Source of the DNA: Klebsormidium nitens
Taxonomy: Eukaryota > Plantae > Klebsormidiophyceae
DNA length: 64,000 nt
Reading direction: 5' to 3'
Assembly (NCBI GenBank): GCA_000708835.1
Contig: DF236993.1
Location: forward strand, 1-64,000
Part shown: piece after piece, positions 27,083 through 38,200 of the stretch
How positions within the stretch are numbered: position 1 is the stretch's first letter
Layout: each line of letters begins with the position of its first letter
Program-made: the position numbers and the translations under genes
Notes under the pieces: model-generated
What the model was told of the DNA's origin: nothing
The model's input: only the letters and a program-made list of their open reading frames with translations
The model's database searches: none

Positions 27083-27762
27083 GGGTACCATCATTTTGTA
27101 ACTGGTACCCCCCCATATTTAAATCGACCATTTTCGGAAGTGGCCCCTTGCCAGGACCCCTGGGGGGCCTCGGCTGCGCCGAGAGGCCCCAAGCTCCCCC
27201 CCCTCCTGGGCCCTGCTGCATAAGAGGGCAGTGAAGCCAAAGCCAGAAACCAGTTTATTTTTGAATGTTTTTCCTGTATGGTGTTGGCAAAAGCTTGTAT
27301 ATATCCCTCGCTTTTTGAAAGCTAGTTAGAACTTAGCCCCGCANNNNNNNNNNNNNNNNNNNNNNNNNNNNNNNNNNNNNNNNNNNNNNNNNNNNNNNNN
27401 NNNNNNNNNNNNNNNNNNNNNNNNNNNNNNNNNNNNNNNNNNNNNNNNNNNNNNNNNNNNNNNNNNNNNNNNNNNNNNNNNNNNNNNNNNNNNNNNNNNN
27501 NNNNNNNNNNNNNNNNNNNNNNNNNNNNNNNNNNNNNNNNNNNNNNNNNNNNNNNNNNNNNNNNNNNNNNNNNNNNNNNNNNNNNNNNNNNNNNNNNNNN
27601 NNNNNNNNNNNNNNNNNNNNNNNNNNNNNNNNNNNNNNNNNNNNNNNNNNNNNNNNNNNNNNNNNNNNNNTCCCACCCTCGTCAGCGTCACCACTGAGGC
27701 CTCAAGCCCCCCCCCACCCCAAATGAATATGGGGGGGTACCAGGTACAAAATGGCGGTACCC
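27083..27762. mobile_element. TIR-bounded element (MITE or DNA transposon) spanning the assembly gap
   Basis: Left GGGTACCATCATTTTGTAACTGGTACCCCCCCATATT versus reverse complement of the right end GGGTACCGCCATTTTGTACCTGGTACCCCCCCATATT (37 bp, 3 mismatches). No TSD seen; the interior is partly Ns. Confidence 0.65.
27344..27670. other. Assembly gap (N run)
   Basis: Run of 327 N. Confidence 1.
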
Positions 27763-28220
27763 TTAATATTCATTGAATTGAATAAGAAAATTCATGACGG
27801 TCAAACCGGCCGAATAAGAGCTGGTATGCCTCCTAAATGTATAGGCTTACGGGTCACCTGGCATGCACATGCTACGTATATGTGCATGCATGCATGATCT
27901 CGTATTACAATGAATCAGGACATTGATACGTATATGCGGTACGTGTGCTGCCCGCGAGAATTCTAATCGGTCAAACATGTAAACATGCAGCAGAGCGTGC
28001 TTAAGATGATTGTACGGGATCGAGGCCCGCATATCTACAGCGAATCAACCTGCAAAGCATGGCGCAGCGGGCCGCACCGCTGCCGGCCGTCCACTGGCAC
28101 GGACAGAAATGCGAATTGCATGTGGATTCCGGCCGGGCCGAGCTGGGCGCGGGCGACCAGAATCATGCGATATCACGACGTACCGGCTGGACACACTAGC
28201 TTAGACCGGCCTTGTTATAC

Positions 28221-28982
28221 ATCACAAGCTACCTATGGTGGGTCTCGACGGTATCGACCGCGCGACGGTCCGGTCTCAAAGTTCTTACACCGGTGTTACG
28301 TGTCGCGACGAATTGTGTACGCGGCACTGACGACCGTACTCGGCAGTACTTGAGAATCAGGTCTGAGTTCATGAATTGAACTTTTTCTGACACGTCGATC
28401 AACGGTCAAGTGCGTACTATGCGGAGGTACGGTACCGCTCGAGTCTGCGCGTACATCGATTATGAAATTTATGGTCTTGGTCGGAACTTCCGACTTGAAC
28501 CACGCAGGAGTACCGCGGTACCCAGACTGAAAGGAGAGTGCAGGAATTTGATAGAGCAGTGTAAGGAAAGGCGCTCTGCAAAAATCAACAATGGCGGCCC
28601 ACTTTGCGCCTCCTATGCTGTTTCTTGAGATTTGTCCTGAACAAAACATGATGTTGGAGCTTCAAAGGACCTCTAATGACGCCCTTTCAACATTTTTTTT
28701 TGCTTGTCAAAGGTTTCTATAAGCTGCATAAGCCTCCTCATAGTGTGGCATTTTTATGCTTCTGTCAAAGTGTAAATCAAAACACTCTGTTACACCATTA
28801 TGACACTCGGTTACGGCCGAGCAAGATTTTGAAAGTACTCGTGTGTACATGTTACGGAAGTCCGAGTCGTCGTAACGTGAACCGCCGGTACTACTGACGA
28901 AATTTGATACCGGGTCCCACATTTTCGTCGCGGTTTGAGTCGAAGTCGACTCGGCCGGGACCCACCATAGGTAGCTTGTGAT
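28221..28982. mobile_element. Non-autonomous TIR element (MITE-like, ~760 bp)
   Basis: Perfect 24-bp inverted termini ATCACAAGCTACCTATGGTGGGTC (28221-28244 and 28959-28982), plus imperfect subterminal matches (ccggtctcaaagttc vs ccggtatcaaatttc). No coding capacity. Confidence 0.7.
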
Positions 28983-29899
28983 ATAAAGCCATCATGCTAG
29001 GTTCGTGCAAAGAGCGTACATGCACTATGCACGCATGAGTACTTGTCTATAGATTACATTAGCACGTTCAATGCTGGAACATATGCAGCCTGTGTGAAGT
29101 GGCCGGCTCTGATAACCAGGCAACGTACGGTGAGTCCCACGGCCATTCAACCCATGCAGACCTAACATGAGTCAACGACACTTTGAATTTAGCAAATCAT
29201 TACCCATCGGATCCTCTTTTTTAGCACTTGATAGATTCTACCATGATCAGTCTTCAATCAACCTTCACTCATCTTTTCTGCTAAATTGTCTCTGTCTTGT
29301 TCACGAGCGAAGAGGAAAAGTAAGTGGAGATGTAAGCAACCGTTTGATCCAACCTTCCTTCTACCATTAATAGATGGTAAACTCGTGATAATCCCAACGT
29401 GCTCGTTTTGATAAGTTCCAGTTCCTTCCGTCTCCAAACACGTGTCTTACGGTCGCCTCCTTTGTCAAACATTTCAATGGTACCCCAATGTCCCTTACAC
29501 AATGGATCTCTTCTATTCCTCACACGGCCCTTCTGGTGGGCCCATTCACACGGTCTACGCCCCGGGTCCGCGTAAGAGCGTACATGCTCCTGCCGCGACC
29601 TTCATTCGCCTCTCCATCTAGCACAAAGGAAGGCTAGAACTTGTTACTGAGACGTGAAGCGTCCGAACACAGAACGTGCGCGTCCGCTCGGCTTCCCACG
29701 ACGTCTTCTTCAAAAGGGGACCCCTGGATGCTGAGCTTTCAAACACAAGCTCCGGGCGTTCGCTTTACGACCTGCCCCATCAGAATAGACCGCCCCTTTG
29801 CTACTCCAGGTTCGGTCAAATTTGGGGCCTGACTCCGTTCGGAAGCGATGACAAAACTTTGCCCGATGCGCAGAAGTTGGGCTGTTCAATGAACCAGAG

Positions 29900-31270
29900 G
29901 CTGTCCATCGAACGGCCCAAGTTCTGAGCATCCGGCAAAGTCCTGCGATCGGTTCGAATCCGAAACCGGTCTGGCGGCCCGGTTTGACCGAACCTGCACT
30001 ATGCATCTTCCATAGCTACGAAATCTGAGGCAGAGCTTGCAGACCACATCGCACGACGATCTTGAGGTCCGACCCGTTCCTTCTCCCTGCAACCGGCCGT
30101 TTAGCACCAAGGGCGCCCCTTGGGACACGTCTCCCACAACCCTGTTATCCGATGTGATGCTCAAACAGCAGTCGGGCTTTCGACAAAGGCACCAGACAGA
30201 CACGTCCGACGATCTCTCACTCACCGGTTCAGGACGCTCGCACGAGCCTCGCGAAAGTTCGGACAGTATTCGGACGCCAGTTCCAGGCGTCTGGTACAGC
30301 TTCCGTCCTCGCACCCCAATGATGGCGACAGTTTGGACGGCGTTTGGACGGTATTTGGACACCGGGTTCCGGACGTTCCGCTCAGCTTCCGTCCTCACGC
30401 TTGAAGGCGGGGCCCTGGCTTTTCGTCTCCCACATCCACTCCAATGACGGGGACACTTCGGACAGCAGTCGGACACCGGTTCCGGACGTCCACTCGGATC
30501 CGTCCTCGCAGCCCCGGGGATGGCGACAGATCGGACGGGCATTGGGACGCCGGTTGGGAAAGTTTCGGGCAGAATTTGAACGCCGGTTCCGGGGCGTCCG
30601 CTCAAGTTCCGGTCTCCCGCTTGAAGGCGACCCCCTGACCCTGCATCTTCCACATCAATCCCCAATGACGACGAAGCTTCGGAACGCAGATTCCGCCGTC
30701 CACTCAGGTTCGCACCCCCAGTCATGGCGACGCTTCGGACAGCATTAGGACGCCGGTTCCGGACGTTCCGCTCAGGTTCCGTTCTCGCGTACAAAGGCGG
30801 CCCTCTGGCCCTGCGTCTCCCAGATCCTTTCCCAGTGGCGACGGAGCTTCGGACAGCTTCCGGACGCCGGTTCCGCCCGTCCGCTCAGATTCCGGTGTTC
30901 CGCTCAAGTTCCATCCTCGCGTCTGCAGGCGGCCCCCTGGCTCCGCGTCTCCGACATCCACTCACAGCGACGGCGCAGATTCGGACAGCATCCGGCGCCA
31001 GTTCTGCCCGTCCGATCGGATTCGTCGTCCGCTCAGGTTCCGTCCTCGCGCTTAAAGGCGGCCCCCTGGCCCTGCGTCTCCCACATCCACTCCCAGTAGC
31101 GGTTGAGACCTCCAAGCAGCACAGAGTATCTGGACGCTGTTTCCAAACAGCTTTCGGACGCTGGTTCCGCCCCTCCGCTGAGATTCCGGTTTCCGCTCAG
31201 GTTCCGTCCTCCCGTTTGAACGCGGCCCCCTGGCCCTGCGTCTCCCACATCCACTCCCAGTAGCGGTTGA
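29900..31270 (-). repeat. Degenerate tandem array of the MBD4L last-exon 3' end plus 3' UTR
   Basis: Anchor cgctca(g/a)gtt recurs at ~31194, 31030, 30901, 30769, 30599 and 30379, with partial units between. Units derive from NRYWEWMWETQGQGAAFKREDGT* and its UTR. Confidence 0.9.
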
Positions 31271-34200
31271 GCATGTGGTCGTGCGGGACCACTTCTTGCC
31301 AGCGGCCCTCGCAGAAGATGGCATGTGCGTCGGCCGCGTACTTGCCGATGCCGTGGACCCTGTCGAGGGGCTTGGCCAGCGGATCCTTCAAATGTTCCAG
31401 ATATTCCTGAAGGAAAGGAGTAGGGATTTTCGCTCGCTATTGTCGGGGGAAGGACAGGCGTGCGCGTCGGCCGCGTACTTCCCGATGCCGTGGAGCCTGT
31501 CAAGGGGCTTGGCCAGCGGATCCTTTAGATGCTCCAAGTATTCCTGTGTAACAAGATTAGTTGGTATGAAAAACGTACCAGGAAAGTTGCAAAACAATAA
31601 GATATAGCGGCACACAAAGATTTGTCGATGCCGTGGAGCCTGTCGAGGGGCTCGGCCAGCGGATCTTTCAGATGTTCAAGATATTCCTGTGAAAGGAGAA
31701 CAACCAGTATTAAGGACGGAAGGACGTTTGAAAAATTGCAAATAAGAGGTCTAGCGGCACGCAAGAATTTGCCGTGGAGCCTGTCAAGGGGCTTGGCGAG
31801 CGGATCCTTCAGATGCTCAAGGTATTCCTGTTGGGGATGAGTCTGAGACATTCTGCGATTGACGACAAGGTTAGGATATGTCGAAGGATGTTCCATGAGC
31901 AAGGACGACCCTGTGTGAGTATCGGCCGCGTACTTGCCAATGTCGTGGAGCGTGTCGAGGGGCTTGGCCAGCGGATCTTAAGATGCTCCATATACTCCTG
32001 TGTGAGGAGAATAGGCGCCATTAAGAGCGTACTAAGCAGATGCACAGTTAAGTTGTATAGTGGCACGCATGATTTGCCAATGCCATGGAGCCTGTCGAGG
32101 GGCTTGGCGAGGGGTCCTCCAGATGTTCCAAATATTCCTGTGCAAGGGGAGAGTGAGAAATTTGAGTCGCTCAGAACGTACTCAAAAAGTTACTGAGAGG
32201 AATTAGGGAGGGGCGTAAAGGCTTTGGCAATGAAATGCAGCATCCTGGGGCCTTGGGAGGGGCAACTTGGAATGCTCAGAGTGTTCCTGTGGTGGGAGGG
32301 AATGAGAGCAGTAAGCGATGTTAAGGAGATGCCCAGGGCGTACTGAATATCGATGGACGATGGAAAAGAGCGACACACAAGGAATGGGGTGAAGCTGAAG
32401 CGTGTTGCGGGGTGGGGCAAGGGATCCTTCCAGGTGTTCCAAGTGACCCTGTGTTAAGTTAATAGACGTGAACCGTAATTGTTGTGAGGCTACACCTCGA
32501 ACGTACTAGAATCCGACAGAGGGGAAAGAGCCGGCGCGAGTGAACTTGCCGATGCCGAGGGCCTTGACCAGGGGTCCTGAATAGAGTATTGCTGTCGAAG
32601 GATGACACAGGCAAAGGAAGGGCGGACTGCGGACGAGAAGGCTATTCCTGAACGGTCCTTTCGTGTATCTCAAAATGAGAACAGGAATCAGGTATGTGAG
32701 AGGCGCCAATACGTCGATACGATGAGGGAGAGGAGCATCCAAGGATAGATGTGGTGGTACGATGAGGGTGTCGGGGCGTCTGGCCTCGACACAAGAGGTC
32801 GGGCGTTTAACAACCAAGATTAGAACTCGAGTCCAAGGAGGCTGGGATCGGCTACTGAGAAGTCGGGGAAGGAGAGAAGGAAGTCGGAGGAGCTGAAAGG
32901 ACACACCGTAACGGACAGTGTTAAGGACAATCTTAAGGCTCATGACAATCTTAAGGCTGCACGGGCCACCTGTTACTTCCCCGAATGGCCATGCTTGATA
33001 CCGAAATAGCATGTCCGCACCATCCATTTTTCCTCAACGATTTCATCCGTCCCACCTCTTTCCAAACCGGACGTTATATCTGCCTACCATCCCTCTTTCT
33101 TGGAACACACAAAACCATTCACCCTACCTGCGAGAAACGCTGGATCGTGGCGGCGCGCTTGTTTTGCAACCCCAACGAATGAATCACTTTCCCAATTGCG
33201 TCAGTATCCGCCGCCATTGCCGCTTCGGCGGTTGGGATCAGTTTGAAGAGGTCCCAAATGACGCGCCTCATCGCGCCGCCAGTTGTCACATTCAGGAGCA
33301 GACACGCCACCAGGAGCTTCCAGGGAGTGCGCCACAACTCTTCCTGCGGGTTTGGAAAATGGGTTAAAACCTGGAGTAGCCTGACTGAAGCGGGTTTGAT
33401 GAGTTAGTTAGACGGGAGGGTTTGGCCTAACCCTGAGATTAGGTCACGGACACTCATCACGTTCAGGAGCAGGCACGCAACGAGGAGCCTCCAGGAATCG
33501 CGCCACAATTCTTCCTGCGGGGTTAAGAATTGCGTTAAAATTCGTGATTAGCCTCACAAAGAGCGGGTTAGTTGAGTTGAAGTTGGCATACAACGTGCAA
33601 ATCCTATACAGATCTCACACTCAAAGGATTTTGTCGAACTGCCATCCGAGATTTTATCCGTCAGACCTCTGCTGCAGTCGTCAATAAAAGGCAACGTCCG
33701 CCAAATGCTGAAGCCCACTCAGAAAGCAGGAAAGTCTAACCCAACCCTCACAGAGTTTACGGGATACTTGTTAGACTTGGAGGAGGCGCACAGTCTCAAG
33801 CTTCCAGGGGTGCCGCAAGACCTCTTTCTAAAGAAGCTGATAAATGTAAACAGAGCGTAAATGCCAAGGTGACAATATCAAAGGATGCTGGATGTTATCC
33901 ACAACCAACTTTCGAATCTGCTGTACGTCCAATTTAAAGATTCCCGGGAGAAAGGGTCCATGATTCCGGATCTCGGACTTGGGAATCAATTTTCATTTCC
34001 GCTATTCCGCGTCTCAAAAACTCACTTGGATCAGCCCGTAGGGCGACACGGGCGGCACCCAGTCCGGGTCCACGACTCCGGCCGGCCGCTTCGGGCCCCC
34101 CCCTCCTCGCCCCTCCGTCCCCTTCTTCCCAGCTTCCTCCGGAATCAACTTCCGTATCTCTTCCGCAGTCACCCGCTTCCCCTCCGCAATCAGCGCAAGC

Positions 34201-35288
34201 GCAGTCTCCCTGACTTTCTCTCCTTGTGCTATCACTTTCAATGTCGCCCGCTGCCGCCGTCTCGAGACTTTCCGGGGGGGCCGGTGCGAGTCCCCGTCCT
34301 GGTCTGGCGCGCTGCCCCCCACGGCGGATGAATTTGCGCTGTGCCCCGCCTCGAAGCTGACCGATGGGCTCGCCACCGGAAACCCTGTGCTGAGGGATCC
34401 CCCTGACTTTGAAGGAGTCTGAAACCTGGCTGAATTAGCTGAGCGTTTCTGAGCGCTCGGTTGGCCCCTAGACAAGCGGCTCCGGACCCCCCCGCTAGAG
34501 CAGTCAGAGTGCGCTGGCCGCCGAGGGGGGGTACCTGAAACCCCTCGGTAGGAGAAGCCTTCCAACGCCGCGGCGAGACGTGCGGCGCTGGAAGGGGGGG
34601 TAGCATCAAGCTGCAAATCCACGCCCCCTTCGGAGGTCCTGGACTCGACCAGCTTGGGAAGGCATTCTCCTGGTGGAGTCGTTATGGGCGCCTTATCTGT
34701 CCCCTCCTCTGGCCCCTTCTCTGCTCTCTCCCCCTCGTCTCCCGCGCCTGACTTGTTTTGGCTAGCCCTGTCATTGCCATGATGTTTAGCAGCCGTTAGG
34801 CGTTCGAAGTCTCCCTGATTCCATCGCAGCCCTTCTTTGGCAGCAACGATGTCAGACACAGCCGTGTCCCCTGCAGGTAGCTCGCCCCCCTCAACCTCCG
34901 GTGCAAGTTCGTCCGCACCTTTCTCCTTTCCATCCCCCCCAGTCCCGCTGGTTCCCAGTCCATCTGACGAACTCGCACCCCTTCCACGTCTCCCCCTCAA
35001 TCCTCCAGAAGCTTGCTTCGTCATTTGCCTCACCCTGGCGGCTCTCGCTCCTGATGCGGCTGCGTCTATTTGGTCTGGCACCTTCTCCTGCTGCGATGAG
35101 AGTGAGCAGCGCTTCCCCCGCTTTCTCTCGCGTGGGGAACTCGCATTCGCCCCTGGAGCTGCCACAGGATCACCGCCATCCAGAACGTGCTCGGCCTTCC
35201 GTTTGAGTCTACTAGACCGCCTCAGGCCTTCCACATTAGCCATGTCAGCACCCTCCTTTCGCGCCACCCCCTTCCTCAACTTCCGCAT
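31197..35288 (-). CDS. MBD4L: MBD4-like HhH-GPD DNA glycosylase with long disordered N-terminus and no MBD domain
   Basis: Exons ~35288(or 35243)-34026, 33343-33128, 31406-31197. They give WVPPVSPYGLIQEELWRTPWKLLVACLLLNVT..LGLQNKRAATIQRFSQEYL..HGIGKYAADAHAIFCEGRW.EVVPHDHMLNRYWEW, the MBD4 glycosylase signature. Confidence 0.92.
31456..32600 (-). repeat. Eight tandem partial copies of [intron tail + AG + MBD4L exon 3 head]
   Basis: Copies begin at ~31543, 31686, 31827, 31997, 32137, 32286, 32448 and 32591 (real exon 31406). Each follows a CAG and resembles EYLEHLKDPLAKPLDRLHG; the distal copies are strongly degenerate. Confidence 0.95.
33458..33830 (-). repeat. Partial copies of MBD4L exon 2 head in intron 1
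   Basis: cag|EELWRDSWRLLVACLLLNV at 33514 and a decayed tag|KEVLRHPWKL at 33827. The real exon starts at 33343. Confidence 0.85.
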
Positions 35289-38200
35289 CTCTCTAGTTGC
35301 CCCAGCCTAGGAACGTCTGTGGGAAAACGTCAGGTAGCTGGTCACTTTCTGCAGTGCACTAACGCTTCATTTGGACTCCTACGTTCTCTGCGAAGACTCC
35401 GTATCTACGCGCGTCGCCCCTCTCGGCTTTCTCCTCATTGGCTCCGGTTGTAAGATTGGGCGTCTTCGCACACTCTTTATGCCCCACGATTTTCAGGACG
35501 AGGGGGCCAGTTCCTAATTCACGATATCTAACCAGCCCACTTATCGCCCCCTAAACCCCCAACCACTCGACCACCCCCAACACTCTTCCGTCCTCGTGGT
35601 GTTGCCTGCAAATATTGTGTTACATATCAGAATCAGTAGCAACAAGCTGGAAGACTTTTAGTAGACCGCTTGGGTAGCGGAAGGTGGTCAATCAGCCGCA
35701 TGGCGCTGGTCATTGTGATTGCTTTCAGCAGGAAAAAGTTAGTGCCGCCAGTCTATGACTGCCCCAGTCTGTGGCTGCATGCAGTGGCAAAACAGCAGCC
35801 CTTAAAACCCGCACCACATTTGTGGTCAGACATAAGAAAGGCAGTCCGAGCAGACATGTCGCTGGCTTAACCTGACTTTCAGGCCTTCAGAAAAGTAGAA
35901 ACAACAAAGGTTCATCACGGCAAATTGATAGCTTCGACCACCGATTGAAAGTCTGACAAGGGGGGGGAGATAGAGATTGAGATGACATGAAAGAAGAACG
36001 TGCACCTTTTGCCACCACTTTCTGAACCTCGGTCAACAAGTCCATCTGAAGTCCAATGCTGACCTGAAAACTGGGCACCTTGAACCACCAACAGGGAAAA
36101 GTTGTTCTTGCAATCATTGAAACGACGCCAATGCATAAAAGAATAATGTAAAGGTCTCCTCCTAACCTGCGCGTGAGACCCCCCAGCCTTGCCTGCAAAA
36201 ATGTTGCACAATAAAGCTCTGCTGCATGCCCCTCTCACGTAGTCACCGGTACAGGCCTTCCAATGTCCATGTGCAATCTGGAGCTCCAGTGCATTAGAAG
36301 ACAGGCAACTGAGAACGCGGATTTGGGACGTTTCTAGAACCCAGCAACTTTCCTTTGTCAAGACCTGCCCAGGACGAGCTTCTCTGCCCAGTGCCCAGCC
36401 CCTCACCTATTTCAACGTCTGGCCTCCTTCCCTTGTATTATATTCGTTTCCAAACCAACAACGAAGCAACACTCGAGTCCCGGGGACTCTCGGCAGTCAA
36501 TATCCAGGAATCAGGGATGGCCAGCTTTGAAGTTTGAATGTGCTCTCGGGAATTCTCCTTGTAGCGATGCCTTATAGGACTGTACTGAGCGCTTATATGC
36601 AGACGGAATGCACCTCTGGAGTCTGGCAGCTTTGCAAATTGCCGCTCCTCACCTCATCATCATGCATTGTCGACATTCAACTTCAAGGGGTCAGGGCAAT
36701 TGAGGTCTTGAAGAATTGCATTCTCACCTGCTCACAGTCATGGCGACTTCCTCCGTCCTCAGCCGCCCTTCCTCTTCCTTGAGCTGCAGAGCCATTAGTT
36801 CCTCCAGAGAGTGCTCTTCCACATATAGCTCACGCCTTACGCCCCTGCCTCTTTTGAGAGGCCGTGTTGAGAGAGCACACCGCGTAGGAGAAGGCCATGT
36901 GCAGCAGCAGCTAATTGGTCGCACAAGGCACCAATTTGGTGAAGAGGGGAGGGCTCCATTTGGGGGAGTCTTGAGAGGCCATACAAAACGTCACATTGCA
37001 GGTTAGAAATGAGCTTCCTGTTTGTCTTGAGAGAACTGCAGAAAGAGGGTGGTGCAACACTTTTTTTGAACCAAGATGTTGGCTAACGCCGCTTCCTCAT
37101 AGTACACAGGACAGTGTTCTCAACAAACTTTTCAAGGGGGTTAACTTTGAGTTGATTCAGTCTCTGGTGTGCTTGAGATTCTCCACCCCCAGTCAATCAG
37201 GTGTAATCAGGGCTAGGCTCCTAAACATAGTAAAGTGAGCAGTTTTGTAGGGCTGGCTATGAGGGCCATTGTAGCTGGTTCTTGAGCTTTCCAGATGTTG
37301 TCAATGTTGAAACTTCTTATGGTGGTCGGCAGTAGGGTAGTTTCAAAAAGGCATTCACTAAAACTTTTATGCAAAGGTTTGCAAGCTCTTCACTCTGAAT
37401 CAACGTCAAACGCCACACTGAAAAGCTATTTTCCCAACTTCCTACTCAAAGAAACCGACTGGAAGTTGCACTAAGTGAGGAGCGCTTTTCAGGGTATTTC
37501 ATGTCCGCACTAATTTTTGTGAATAAGCAGTCAAAGTTGACAGATTGAAAGCAAAGGCTAAAACCCTCTTGGGATGCACGTAATACTGCTTGTTTTTTAA
37601 GTGTTCGGCAAGGCCGGCACTTGCAGAGTAAAAGTATGGCCTTTGTTCTTCCTGTGGCCCCTTCCGATCCCATCTATGTTTGAATGAGCAGCTTCCTCAA
37701 CCTGCGTTTCAACAATATCGCCAACCTCAAGTATTGACTGGCTGTCTGATAATCCTGCATATTTGATGAAGTGGATTGTTGCAAAAACTATACCCCCTTG
37801 CGTGCAGTCAACGCAAGCGGCGAGTCACTGGCAACAGAGATCCCCAGCGAGGCTCCGGCGGCCGCCTCCTTCAAGCACATTCTCCTTCCCATCATTGACA
37901 GCAACCCGTATCTTTCCAGTGGGACGAGGGCGGTGAGTGCGCACTGAATACCCATACCAAGCGGCATTCGGTTTGTTCCAAAAACCATAATATCCACAAG
38001 TTGGTTTTAAATCAGTCTGTATACACTGAAGAACATCCTGTTGCAGACCACAACAGCTGTGGTCATTGATCTCTCAACATCGTTATCAATCTTTTGAGTG
38101 CGGTGATTAGCATGGAGCAGGGTATTTCGGTTGTCTGCTTGATCACGTTATCTTGCAAGGGGGATTGATGCAATCAGGTACCTGAAGCTCGTTAAAAGTA

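Noticed and set aside
27326-27694. 122-aa ORF
   Set aside because: Artefact of the N gap.
29886-30794. 302-aa minus-strand ORF
   Set aside because: It runs through the degenerate GC-rich repeat array in non-native frames and is a by-product of the repeat.
31686-32140. Mutually exclusive exon cluster
   Set aside because: The copies lack GT donors. The GGCAA(A/G)T GC-type sites have no matching downstream acceptor inside exon 3, and most spacings are not multiples of 3. Kept only as a hypothesis to test.
31406-32600. CRISPR-like repeat-spacer appearance
   Set aside because: The repeats are 60-90 nt exon fragments with splice acceptors, non-palindromic, in a eukaryotic intron, and there are no cas genes.
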